Counted from the first letter of the stretch, positions 21,456-32,896 are shown. The stretch: 64,000 nucleotides of DNA from Auanema rhodensis (GCA_964057225.1 OZ059899.1:9052001-9116000); one strand, 5' to 3'. Notes: generated by a model not told the origin, from the sequence alone. Numbers and translations are program-made.

Positions 21456-22447
21456 AGTAGAGAGCCGTGCAAAATTTACTAACCACGCCCCCAAACAGCT
21501 GTCAAAAACATATTTTTGGGGGCGTCAGCTGCTAAAAACATACTTTTGAGGCGCGTCAGCTGTCAAAAACATATTTTTGAGCGTCAGCTGTTAAAATCAT
21601 ATTTTGGGATCATGGTTCATGGATTTTCCTTTTTTAAATTTAAAAATCATGATTTAAAGCATGATTTTTTTTTAAAATCAAATTTAAATATGCGTTTTCA
21701 AATTTATGTATATATTTTTAATTATTTTTAAATATATTAAGTAAAAATAAAAATCTTAATTTTAAATATTTAAATTATATTTAAATTTTATATATATATA
21801 TAAATTATATTTAAACTTTAAATATTTAAATTATATTTAAATTTTATATATAAATTATATTTAAATATTTAAATATGTAAATTTGTTTATACATTTTATT
21901 TATTTATCATATTTATTAATAATGTTTGTTTACTTATTTTGTTTATTTTTTATTGTATTGTATTTGTATTGTTTTTATTTTAAAAAACAGTAAAATTTTT
22001 GCATGTATATCGTTTTGTTCACCGTACTTGTTATGGGTAATTCAATGGAACACATATCGAAGGTTAATTCGATAAGAACGATATGAAATACAAAATTCAA
22101 TGGAACACATATCGAAGGTTAATTCGATAAGAACGATATGAAATACAAAATTTAATGGAACACATATCGAAAGATAATTCGATAAGAACGATATGAAATA
22201 CCAAAATTCAATGGAACACATATCGAAAGTTAATTCGATAAGAACGACATTAAATTATTAATTTTTGAAATTGCGAATTGTTATTAATTATATTTATTCT
22301 AACAAGTAAAGGTTTCAAATTATAATAAAAGATTAGTTTTAAACTTTATGTTACTAATATAACAATACAATAACTCTATAGAGCACACATTGAAGGTAAA
22401 TACGACGGGATTAACAAACAGTTGCGCTGACCTCAATGAAACGCATA
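21456..22447 (+). repeat. Left TIR (imperfect, ~0.99 kb)
   Basis: Reverse complement of ~36137-37086; GC box, 4x CAGCTG, AT-only tract, 55-bp repeats. Confidence 0.85.
22039..22247 (+). repeat. 55-56-bp tandem repeat x4 with internal TATCGAA-N6-TTCGATA palindrome
   Basis: Units start at 22039, 22094, 22149, 22205; 1-3 copies in the other TIRs. Confidence 0.9.
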
Positions 22448-22643
22448 AAGTTAATTTAATAAGAACTAATAACAAAAATTAATCCGACGGGGACAATAAA
22501 AACAGATGTATTCAATAAGCTTATTTATTTTAAAGTTTATCGCAACTGCTAGTTTTGACAGCTGTACCCAAATCCATGTTACATAACAAATTACAATGCC
22601 AACAGCAATGTGTAGACTGATATATTCATTATATCAAGGTACA

Positions 22644-25600
22644 ATGGCTGCTAATAGGTTGTGTCTTTTTGATTATTTGTTTGTAAACTTTTTCTTTTTT
22701 CAGTTATAAACGTTTATGTGAAGAGCTAGGATTTGATTATGAAGAGATTAATCAGCTCAGGTAATTTAACAATATTTTGAATCTTTATATATATTTTGTT
22801 TTTTAGTAAACGTATAAAGTTTACCGAGGCTGGTGGGATCGAGCTCTGTGAGCCCACATCACCCACTTTTAACAGTGGGCCCTCATCATCAAGGGTTATT
22901 GAAGTAATAACCTTGGATGACAGTGATGAGTAAGCGATATTAAAAATTATAACAATTAGTTTTTTCTTTTTAAGAGAATGGGATCCCGCTACCCCATCAA
23001 CCAGTGGAGGGCAAGTCGGATATGGAGCGGCATTCAACGATGTCTGTAAAATAGAGGTGCGATCTTTTATTTACATATCATTTCGTAATATATCTTTTGA
23101 AACATGAAATTTTCTCTTGCTCCCATTGCATATTTTGAAAACATTTTGAAATTTATTTCTCTTTTTCAATTGCATTCATAAAATTCTCTCTCTCTCATCT
23201 TTACATTTCATCTCAATCTATATCTTTTATCAAACAAATTGCAAGTATTTTGAAACTTATATATTCATTCTTTTGAACAGCATTCATTTTAAAATCTTTA
23301 CATTTCATCTCACTATATATCTTTCTTTCAACCAATTTTGAATTCTTACAAATTATAAATATTTCAAACATTTTGAACTAGTAAAATAATAAAACACAAT
23401 CATGACCTTCTCATTTATTTTTAAACATTAACAAATGTTTATAAAAGAAAAAACTTTATATTTAAAAATCAAATGCCATTTATTTTTAATAAAAGAATAT
23501 AAAAATAATTTAAAGAAAAGTAAATTTATTAAAAGTTATAAACAAACATTATTTATATTTAAACTAAATATCTAAACTAAATAACCATTATAAAAAGTGT
23601 GTATTATAGTGGTCACACCGACGCATAAAACGCACTGGTCGGTTTACCAACGTGGTCGTTAGATCGCTCACGTTCCCACATTTGGAAAACATTAATGAGC
23701 CAATGCATGTTGTCATGCCGCGGCTATTTAATGAGTTCCTTGATCGGTGCCTTGCTGAAAGTGGTGTGCCAGATAAACAAAAAGCACTATTTTGTTTATC
23801 AATAGAGCACCCATCCTTTGAAAAGGGATCCATATTTATGGATTTCCGTAGAAGGGAGCATTTGGATGGCGTTGCCATCATGAATGCCATCAGCAAGGTA
23901 CAGCAGTCAAAGCGAGAGGCTGTAATTAGCCAGGCAATGAATATTGAAATGTATGTGTTTGATGAGAGACCAGTGCAGCCAAGCCTGATGCCTGGTGAAG
24001 GTAGAGTTGGTTTCTATTTTGATGCCGAACTCAAAATACCTGGCACAATTGAAAACACTGACACTCATTGCCTGGCTAGAGCAGCAGTTGTGGGAATGTG
24101 GAGAGCCGATGAAGAGGCAGCAGAAGATGTTGTTGAGAAGAGGAGGATTCAAAATCTTCGTCGCAACTACATCTTGTTGCCAAATCAACCACATCATATC
24201 AATTTATTGAATAGGTGTGGTATTTCTGTACATTTACCAAATTATAATTTGAACCATTTAAATATTATTGCAAGTTGTAATACAGACTATAAGTTTGTAG
24301 TATACGCTAGGCCACCTGGACAGCGTATGTACGCTATTCAGCGTATCTTTAATGAAACGGCTAGCAAAGTGGTAACACTAGGCTACCGAAATAATCATTA
24401 TGACTGTATTACAACTTGTAGTAGATCACAGATTTTTGATGGTATTATATGCCAACACTGTAAATTATCTTACAAAACAGTGTTGCATAGATGTAAAGCC
24501 AAGTGTAAGAAATGCCACACCTTAAAATGTAATTCGATGGAAAATGTGGTTGAAAGTAGCATAAGATGTGATAGTTGTAGAGTTTTGTTTAAAACTCGTC
24601 AATGCTTTGACAGGCATATTAGAAAAACATGTCGAATGTTTAAGGTAATTTAAAAAATATATATAAAATTTTACAAGACTAAATTCAGACATGTGAAAAC
24701 TGTGATCATTATCACAGGGTGCGTGCTGATAGACCGCACAATTGCAATGAAAAATTTTGCAAAAAGTGTGGTCAGACAAAGCCTGAAGATCACTCTTGTT
24801 GTTGGGTACCACCTAACGACAAGAAGAAGGATCAGTTAAAAAAGAGGCAAGAGAAATACAAGGTTTGTATTTTACATCTTTACAAGTGTAATACTTACTT
24901 GTTTAAGATTATATTCTATGACTTTGAAACGGTTGTGTTAAAAAGCGGTACAAATGTTCATGAATATGCAGATGAACAATGGCCCAATATGGTTGTGTAT
25001 AATAAATTTTGTGAAAGTTGTATAGACGCCAACTCATGTGAAAAATGCACAACCAAGGAGGGCCATTTTGGGTACCAACAAGGTGATAGTGAATGGTCTG
25101 TAACAGATCGTTTCCTTGATTGGTTACTCAACTCTGTTGAGAATGATAATGCAATTTTGATTGCGCATAATGGTTCACGCTTTGACATACATTTCTTGGT
25201 GTCTAGGCTGATAAACCGTGGTATATATCCTGATCCAATTTTAAATGGGACCAAGATTATAAGCATGGTTGTCAAGCCTTTAAGAGGTCAAAAATTTAAT
25301 CATTTATATTTTAAAGATAGTTATTTATTAGTGCCTTTACCCCTATCAGCGTTACCCAAGGCATTTGGTGTACCTGATATGAGTAAAGGACAGTTTCCTT
25401 ACCTCTATAATCACCCAATAAATTATGGCAAAGTGTTGCCATCTTTACCACCAAAACAGTACTATTGTACTGCTAGAATGAAAGCAGAAGACCTAGCTTC
25501 ATTCGATATTTGGTATGAAGAGCGTAATCAAAGAGCGTTTGATTTTGATGAAGAGCTTTTGGAATATTGTAGGACAGATGTCCGTATTTTAACCAACTGT

Positions 25601-27835
25601 ATGAAAGTTTACATGAAGTTGGCAACCGCCACCACTGGCTGGAACCCTGTCATACAATGTATGACATTTGCCAGTTTCTCTTTATTCCAGGCAAGTTTTT
25701 TAAAATACAAGCATTTTCAAAACTATTATATTACAGTTGAAAATGAATCACATTAAAGAGAACCAAGTGGGTATTCTGCCCGAGACTGGTTATTATGCCG
25801 GTCAAAAGCAGAGTATAATAGCCATAAAGTATATAAAATGGCTAGAACAAGGACTGGGCCGCCCATTAATGCATAAGCTTAATGGTGGCGAATTTGCAGT
25901 GAGAGTAGATGGCCATCGCTATCTACTCGATGCTTATGACCCCGTTGCCAATCATGGCTATGAGGTGAGTAATTTGTAATAAATGTAAAAAATGCAAATT
26001 TTTGTAGATTAATGGCTGTATCTATCATGGCTGCCCCCAGTGCACCAACAAGAGCGCTATAGCACCAGGCAGAAATGGTGAAACAATGGAAGAGGTAATT
26101 GTGACTTTTTTAATCATTTTAATTTTTGAAATTTAGGTTTATGATAAAACCATGAAAAGGCTTGAAGCAATTCAAAGCCAAGGCATTAGTGTTACCACAG
26201 TGTGGGAGCACGAAATTAATGCTCAAATTTCGGCCAATGAAGAAATGGCGAAATTTATGCGTGAAACAAATGTTGTTACACGCTTGGCACCTAGAGATGC
26301 CTTTACCGGTGGCCGCACCCAGACATATAAGCTTTTGGCACAAGCTTCGGATAGATACTCGCTCGAGTATGTGGACTTTTGTTCACTATATCCATATGTC
26401 ACCGCTTTTGATGCCTATTACCCAGTAGGTAATCCCAAAGTTATTACTGAGGGTTTCAAAAGCTTTGAGACATGTTGCCCATACAAGGGGCTAGTAAAAT
26501 GTGACGTGCTTGCACCCACAAATTTGCTGTACCCTGTATTAGGCACACGTATTGGCGGTAAACTTATTTTTACAAACTGCCGCACTTGTGCAGTCAAAAG
26601 TAAAAATGTAGCATGTGACCACCAAAATGATGTAAATGCTAGAAAGCTGCATCTAACTGTGACACATGTTGAGCTCGAGTGTGCCATACAACGTGGCTAT
26701 AAAGTGCTTAATGTGCATGAGGTGTGGCACTGGGAAGAATGGCAACAAGGCGGCCTGTTTAAAGAATTTGTACAAAAGTACATAAAAATTAAACAAGAGG
26801 CGTCGGGCTGGCCAAAGCCAAACATGACAGAGGAAGAAAAGGTATGTTTTAATAAAAGTATCACATTAAATAGAATTTTACAGGTAATATATCTCCAAGA
26901 GCACGAGGAGAACACTGGTGTTGCTCTGGAGAGCAATAAAATTGAAAAGAATGCTGCCATGCGTAGCATTGCCAAACTGCAGCTAAATAGGTTTGTAAAC
27001 TTTTTAAAACAATACATTACAAATTTGCTCATAGTGTCTGGGGTAAAATGGGTCAAAGACCTGATAAAGCCCAAACCAAGATTATTGGTGTTGAGGACCC
27101 AGAAATTGGTAGGATCATTACTGATCCTGCAAGGGAACTCACTGGGTTCAAAATTGTGGATAATGTTGCGTACTGCACAACAGTACCAGAGGATTCACAT
27201 TTGGCGCCACCGCCTTTTACAAATGTAGCTATTGCGGCCTATACAACCGCTCATGCAAGGCTACTATTGTATAAGGCAATGGAGAAAATTGGAAAGAATT
27301 TGGTGTATACAGGTAATTTTATACTTGTATTCAATTTAAACTTACATTATTTAGACACGGATTCTCTAATTTATCAAAGATGCCTAGATGAGCCAGATCC
27401 AATTGAGGATATGAAGGGTGAATGGTTAGGTAAACTAACCTCTGAAATACCCGATGGTTGGTCAATGACCAAGTTTGTGTCACCAGCGGCAAAAGTTTAT
27501 AGTTATAAACTTGTAAATGCAGCTGGTGATGTAAAATATGTAACAAAGGCAAAGGGAGTGGTAAGTACGAGCTTTGACTTTTCAAATAATTTTATAATTT
27601 TCAGACGTTGGACCACACGGCAGCGTCAGTGGTAAACTTTGAAAGTATGGAGCGACTGGTTCGCGGACTCGTTATGGATGGAGAGAAATTGGTTTTAAAA
27701 ACCAATACAACCTTGTTAAAGAGGCAACTCGGTGCCATATCCACAATGGATATGACAAAAAGTACTAGAGTCGTAATGGATAAACTTTGTTATCTACAAG
27801 ATTATAGTACTTTACCCTACGGTTATTGTGAATAA
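22644..27835 (+). CDS. polB: Protein-primed family B DNA polymerase, 14 exons: 22644-22657, 22704-22760, 22807-22929, 22975-23056, 23610-24644, 24689-24862, 24908-25690, 25737-25964, 26008-26094, 26137-26841, 26884-26990, 27035-27312, 27355-27560, 27605-27835
   Basis: Splicing restores YDFET (ExoI), HNGSRFD (ExoII), YCRTDV (ExoIII), DFCSLYP, KLQLNS|VWGK, YT|DTDS; OTU-like HCLARA..HYD; Vsr-like YEINGCIYHG..VWE insert; phases consistent. Confidence 0.88.
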
Positions 27836-27972
27836 TATATTTGAATTTATAAATTTTTATCTTGTATATATTTGTATTTATAAAATTTTATCATTGTACA
27901 TGTATTTATTTTTAAAAATAGTTGTATTAATAAATTTTATTCTTAAATCTTTTAAAGAATTTATTACATACA

Positions 27973-29307
27973 TTACAAACTGGTATCAATATATGGAGCA
28001 CGATTGTTGTCAATTGAAAGAATAGAGTCATACTCTGCATAAACAATTGCATATAAGCCCTCTTGCGGCGTTTGTTGACCAAATTCCAATTTCAAGGCTA
28101 CATTACCTTGTCGTATAACATCAAATAACTCTGACGAATGCACAGTAGGAGAAATATCAAATACAAAAAATGTGAAACCAGCTTTATACATTGCTGGTGT
28201 AATACCATTGGATGAATCTGTACGACCAAGTCCCAAACCTTCCAGCATGTCAATATATGCTGTGGCATAGGAAGATCGCCATTCTAAATTATAAGGACGG
28301 GTAGGTATTACCCTATTGTTGAGCGTCAAGTATATATTTTTCAAATCAAACGGTTTAAAGTTGAATGGCGAATGTTTAAAAGTACCATTATAAGCGTGTG
28401 CGCCGACAAGACCTACTACAACACGTTTTGGTGTATGAGACGTGAATAATATATTATTAGGTGAATCCAAGCGGCCTCCTTCTATGAAATAAGAGCGCAT
28501 TTTCACTGATGTCATGGGGTAGTGTATTCGATCCTTTGCGAGTTTATCTTCTATAGCCATAGCTAATCCAGCGTTTAGATCAAACTCTTGAATGAGCAAA
28601 TGTACATCGCTGATATCTACTTTCAAATTTGGAAACTCCTCCTTTAATGTAGTATCCTTGTTTTCATTATTCCAGCCTAGAGTGTCAATTAAAAAGTTAT
28701 CACGGTTTGGATATGCAGTTAGCTCCATTTTTGAATAGTTTACAAACAGTCGCTCTTGATTAAATAGGTCGATACTGACGGGAGCAGCCATCTCACACAA
28801 TATGCCATTTTTTACAAGCGCTTGACGCGTTCTAAATCCAGCACTGGATGCATTATCTATATATCTATCAGCATAATAGCCTGATATGGCAAGTTTGCTC
28901 TCTTTAACATCGTTGCTATACATTAAAATATTCTCGATATATGTTTTATAGGCATGATTCACGGTAGAGTCATACACGCTAACATCACCAATTTTCAAAT
29001 GATACGAATGTATTAAACTGGCAGCAAATTGTTGACATGGTGCAAAAACAAGGTTGTCTGGTACTGGATCACCGTTTGTGGTTACAATTTTAAATTTTAC
29101 ATTCAACCAACATCTTCTCAGATTGAGGAATGATTTGGAATTTTGAGCTATAACAAATTCCCATGGTCCTTGAGGAAGAAAAGTATTTTTCAAAGGGACT
29201 TGTACAGTACGAGTGGATTCAACACCTAATGCCGACGCAGGTATTTCACCATAGTTGATATTAGGTAAAAGGGCTTGTGCTGATTTTGAATCTATCAATT
29301 TAGCCAT
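27973..29307 (-). CDS. Double jelly-roll major capsid protein (444 aa)
   Basis: GPWEFVI, HAYKTYIENIL.YS, PKRVVVGLV, YNG..SPFNFKPF, FFVFDISP, IVYAEY; Polinton MCP pattern. Confidence 0.88.
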   Translation of the reverse strand: MAKLIDSKSAQALLPNINYGEIPASALGVESTRTVQVPLKNTFLPQGPWEFVIAQNSKSFLNLRRCWLNVKFKIVTTNGDPVPDNLVFAPCQQFAASLIHSYHLKIGDVSVYDSTVNHAYKTYIENILMYSNDVKESKLAISGYYADRYIDNASSAGFRTRQALVKNGILCEMAAPVSIDLFNQERLFVNYSKMELTAYPNRDNFLIDTLGWNNENKDTTLKEEFPNLKVDISDVHLLIQEFDLNAGLAMAIEDKLAKDRIHYPMTSVKMRSYFIEGGRLDSPNNILFTSHTPKRVVVGLVGAHAYNGTFKHSPFNFKPFDLKNIYLTLNNRVIPTRPYNLEWRSSYATAYIDMLEGLGLGRTDSSNGITPAMYKAGFTFFVFDISPTVHSSELFDVIRQGNVALKLEFGQQTPQEGLYAIVYAEYDSILSIDNNRAPYIDTSL

Positions 29308-29760
29308 TTAAATGTGAAACGACCGCTCACGAGTGATGCACAACCGCTTATGAGGTTTTGTGGTTTTGCGTCGTCGCCGTTTGCCCAAGCCGGTAAGATC
29401 TCGTATAGCTTGCCGGCCGGCTGTTTTAAGAGTTTCCTTGATATTATCGCCTTTCAGCACCCCATCGACAATTTCATTACCAGTTTTCAGCAACTGTCCG
29501 CCAAGAGGTGAATTTACAACTGGACTATTGCTTACAGCACTGGATAAGGCGTTTCTTCCGGCATTGATGAGATTTTGGGCTATAGGTGATTGAATGATGC
29601 GTGGTAGAAATGATGCCAAAGTTGCCAAAATACCACCCAAACCATGACCCCTCTGCATTCCACGTTGAAACATCATTCCGCTAAATGGGGCGCCACCCAT
29701 TTGTTGATTTAAAAGTGTTGTCCATTGAATAGAGTTGACATCCAAAAGGAGGTGCGGCAT
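29308..29760 (-). CDS. Putative virion core/membrane-lytic precursor (150 aa)
   Basis: QQMGG, QRGHGLGG followed by an amphipathic helix, LTGLG followed by KRRRRK; directly upstream of MCP. Confidence 0.7.
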   Translation of the reverse strand: MPHLLLDVNSIQWTTLLNQQMGGAPFSGMMFQRGMQRGHGLGGILATLASFLPRIIQSPIAQNLINAGRNALSSAVSNSPVVNSPLGGQLLKTGNEIVDGVLKGDNIKETLKTAGRQAIRDLTGLGKRRRRKTTKPHKRLCITRERSFHI

Positions 29761-29811
29761 ATCGAACCGCACGCGCGCAATACAAAAGTTACACTAGATC
29801 ATTCTACTAAA

Positions 29812-30267
29812 ATGTATTCGTCTGAAATAGTATCACTATTGCAATCTGTCCCCAGCACTCGGAAACTATTCCTCGGTGTATATAGCGCTGATACTCTACC
29901 CAAAACGCGTCGTAAAAACTTTGCACTTGTCGTAAATACTGACACACATGATAAACCAGGCACACATTGGCAGGTCATCTTTGTCCGTAACAAGCAAGCC
30001 TATTTTTTCTGTAGCTTGGGATATAAAATGAACAAGTACATTCAAAATTATCTGGCCAAATATAAAAAGGTAAAAATTAATACTTGCAAACCACAACGTT
30101 TAATTGAATACACTTGTGGTGGCTATGTGGTATTTGTAATACTAATGTTGTCGGCTGGTAATTCATTTGAAAGCATTTGTTCATTTTTTAAACTATTGAA
30201 AAATGATGATGTCTTTATTAAAGCGTTTATGCATAAAGTATTCGACTATAAATTGGCTACTATATAA
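29812..30267 (+). CDS. Adenain-like cysteine protease (151 aa)
   Basis: FLGVYSAD, VNTD...GTHW, Q...TCGGY. Confidence 0.9.
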   Translation: MYSSEIVSLLQSVPSTRKLFLGVYSADTLPKTRRKNFALVVNTDTHDKPGTHWQVIFVRNKQAYFFCSLGYKMNKYIQNYLAKYKKVKINTCKPQRLIEYTCGGYVVFVILMLSAGNSFESICSFFKLLKNDDVFIKAFMHKVFDYKLATI

Positions 30268-30308
30268 GAAATTTGTCATTAATAACCTGCTACATTACGT
30301 GGTCAGTT

Positions 30309-30479
30309 ATGAATATTCCTTGTCACTGTGAATTATGTGTCAAATACACGTTGGAGCAATCTAAACCAGCGCCTTTATACAGGAGAATGTTGAAATGTAT
30401 TTCAGTGCCATTTATTAAAGGTATAGCATTGGGATTGGGCTTTTGTACAACACTAGTCATATTATTGCTCATTATATAA
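30309..30479 (+). CDS. Small CxCxxC protein with C-terminal TM helix (56 aa)
   Basis: MNIPCHCELC..GIALGLGFCTTLVILLLII; N-terminus conserved with substitutions in variant B (39010 minus). Confidence 0.6.
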   Translation: MNIPCHCELCVKYTLEQSKPAPLYRRMLKCISVPFIKGIALGLGFCTTLVILLLII

Positions 30480-30520
30480 AAGTGGGTTGATTGCGTGTGG
30501 TCGTTTTTCATTTTCCTCTA

Positions 30521-30985
30521 ATGGAACTTTTATGTAACAAATATTGTGGTACATGCAAGGAAATATTTTCTTCAACCAAGCATTTTAGTGATCACGTTTT
30601 GAAAAGACATGCAGGGATTCAACCCATATGTAACAATTATATCAGCAATGCTGACGTTATTCAAAAATATGGACATTTGGATGGTGTTCGTAGACGTTTG
30701 TGCCCTCATTGTAGTGAAACTTTTGGAACAAGATTCAATTGTGAGCGTCATATTCGGCGTATTCATAATAATAATGGAACGAATGGTGAAGATGGTGATG
30801 GAAATGATACCAGCAAACCCTTTGAAAAAGCTGAGGAGTTTGTACATTCAACCCAATCAAAAAGATGCCGCAGCAATAGTGACGGAGAACATTCACAACA
30901 CGAGCCGAGCGACAAACAAAACTGCCCTAAACTATCTTTTAAACCTTCGAAAATAAAAATGTGGTATTGTATAACTGTTGAATAA
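30521..30985 (+). CDS. C2H2 zinc-finger protein (2 fingers, 154 aa)
   Basis: CGTC..F....F..H....H and CPHC..F......RH....H. Confidence 0.75.
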   Translation: MELLCNKYCGTCKEIFSSTKHFSDHVLKRHAGIQPICNNYISNADVIQKYGHLDGVRRRLCPHCSETFGTRFNCERHIRRIHNNNGTNGEDGDGNDTSKPFEKAEEFVHSTQSKRCRSNSDGEHSQHEPSDKQNCPKLSFKPSKIKMWYCITVE

Positions 30986-30990
30986 AACGT

Positions 30991-31848
30991 TTATTTCATA
31001 TTTTTAACATGCAATGTAACAACTGTAGAACCATAATTAAATTGCATAGGACGACCAAATTCATCTAAAATTTCAATACGTATGGTATCGAGTGTTTGTC
31101 TAGTGATTGGTACATAACGAATAGGATTAAATGTTTTGGCAATCATTTTACCAAATTCAGTAGGAGGTGGTACAGGCAAACATGCAAGTAAATTAGCTTT
31201 CACATTACCAAGAATGGAATATTCTACAATATCACAATATATATACATTGTATTAATGTTATTTGAAAAATCAATGGGACGCCTGGCTATTATTGTATCG
31301 TTGATGTTTTTATTTTCAAAACCAAGAAAATATGCAAAATCATCACCAAGCGTTGCATTCATTAATAGTCGCTTGCTTGTTACAAACTCTATGCGCTGCA
31401 ATGTTTTGTTAAACTGAAATGTGGCGTCTGCGAGCATTTCCTCCACTAGCTTAGCCTCAGCCTGGCGATTATTATACCATTTTTTTACATCTTCATCTTT
31501 ATCTATTAAACTTTTTATACGTGCTTCTTCCTCAGCGCCAAGAGGCTTTGTATTGTTGGCGATAAATGATTCTCTTCCAGCATTGATTCCGCGTATTATT
31601 TCATCACCATTTGCATAGTTGCCTTTAGGCAAGTGTAGAATAAATTTTCTATTGGAAAAACGTAGTGTATAAGATAAATCTTTTTGAACATTTAATATAG
31701 AACAAGGAAAAATGATGTCTGTCAGCCCAATGCAATATCTATTATTGCGTAGCCTTAGTGTTTCAGGTAATCTGGTAAGAAACACTGATGATGTATTACT
31801 TTTTTCAGAGTCAACTGATGATGGAAGAGTAATGTAAAAATCATCCAT
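30991..31848 (-). CDS. Minor capsid (penton-like) protein (285 aa)
   Basis: FYITLPSS, YIYCDIVEYS.LG, YVP....DTIRIEI.D..G, VTLHVK. Confidence 0.85.
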   Translation of the reverse strand: MDDFYITLPSSVDSEKSNTSSVFLTRLPETLRLRNNRYCIGLTDIIFPCSILNVQKDLSYTLRFSNRKFILHLPKGNYANGDEIIRGINAGRESFIANNTKPLGAEEEARIKSLIDKDEDVKKWYNNRQAEAKLVEEMLADATFQFNKTLQRIEFVTSKRLLMNATLGDDFAYFLGFENKNINDTIIARRPIDFSNNINTMYIYCDIVEYSILGNVKANLLACLPVPPPTEFGKMIAKTFNPIRYVPITRQTLDTIRIEILDEFGRPMQFNYGSTVVTLHVKNMK

Positions 31849-31927
31849 GACAAACCACCACTTGATACGTGTACACTATTGCAAATGAAATCATTTGCAT
31901 TTTAGCTACATTTACGAGTGGTTGATT

Positions 31928-32575
31928 ATGGTTTTCAGCTTCAAACTACCCAGTCAGACAACTTTAATAGGTGCTACCCAATGCGGTAAAACAACCCTCA
32001 TAAAGCACATATGTGAAAATACTGAAAAGTTTTTCAACGTCCCCATTGATAGAATATTCTGGTTCAGTCAATGTGGGTCATCGTCAGGTGTACCAATAAA
32101 TGATGAGCGTTTAATAATTATTCAAGGGCCTCCTGATCCTGATTTGATAAAAGAACAAAAGGGAGTAAATACTATACTAGTGCTGGATGATTTGATGAAC
32201 TTTTTTTCATCGAATAAAGCAGCAAAGGAATTACTCAACAACATTTTTACAGTATGGGCTCATCACTGGAATTTGGCAGTGTTTAATCTTGTGCAAGCGG
32301 CATTTCAACTGGACAGGACCAGTCGAATCAATAGTACATATATAATACTGATGAAAAGTCATTCAGATATATTACAAATACGTAATTGTCTGCAGCAATT
32401 ATTTGGGCCACGTTTCAAAAATGCTCTAGAGGCGTATGATGATGCAATGTCTACTCCCTATAGTCATTTACTGATTGACAATCATCCTTTAACAAGTGAG
32501 AAGCAGCGTATACTATCTGATATAACAGCGGAGAACCCTATTGTTTATGTTGCCAGAAATGTGTTTAGTGTTTAA
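31928..32575 (+). CDS. A32/FtsK-like genome packaging ATPase
   Basis: Walker A GATQCGKTT, Walker B ILVLDD, HHWN..VQ, RINSTY. Confidence 0.9.
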   Translation: MVFSFKLPSQTTLIGATQCGKTTLIKHICENTEKFFNVPIDRIFWFSQCGSSSGVPINDERLIIIQGPPDPDLIKEQKGVNTILVLDDLMNFFSSNKAAKELLNNIFTVWAHHWNLAVFNLVQAAFQLDRTSRINSTYIILMKSHSDILQIRNCLQQLFGPRFKNALEAYDDAMSTPYSHLLIDNHPLTSEKQRILSDITAENPIVYVARNVFSV

Positions 32576-32587
32576 AGTGCTTGTTCA

Positions 32588-32896
32588 ATGAGTGGTCGTA
32601 TTTTGTCAAATTTCAACTTTTTGTCTTCTTGCGCCAAAACTCCTTGTTCTGTTTCCTCATTTTCTTTTGCACAAATTGAAATTATTGTTGAAATTGTATT
32701 TAATATTGTGAAAAATAATAATTTTCTTTTAACTAACAAGGAATATAAAACCCTCTTGCCCATATCTTCATTATTACGTCAAATAGCTTTGATACGCACA
32801 CCGGAAAAGGCTAAATCATTATTGGCAACGCTTTCACACAAACAATTGAAAACAATAGTTACATGTGGTATTGCCTATTTTGGTTTTAAATCATGA
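32588..32896 (+). CDS. Conserved 102-aa Maverick protein
   Basis: Conserved in three copies; IVEIVFNIVK motif; ATGA overlap with the next gene. Confidence 0.7.
   Translation: MSGRILSNFNFLSSCAKTPCSVSSFSFAQIEIIVEIVFNIVKNNNFLLTNKEYKTLLPISSLLRQIALIRTPEKAKSLLATLSHKQLKTIVTCGIAYFGFKS

Noticed and set aside
20722-21486. ORF starting MVSKFCTALYS (also 57911)
   Set aside because: The N-terminus is read out of the TIR across the insertion junction; not a real gene start
22039-22247. CRISPR-like palindromic repeats
   Set aside because: Units are contiguous with no unique spacers, there are no cas genes, and the context is a eukaryotic TIR
23652-27835. Fragmented polB as a pseudogene or several genes
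   Set aside because: Each break coincides with a short intron whose removal restores frame and motifs
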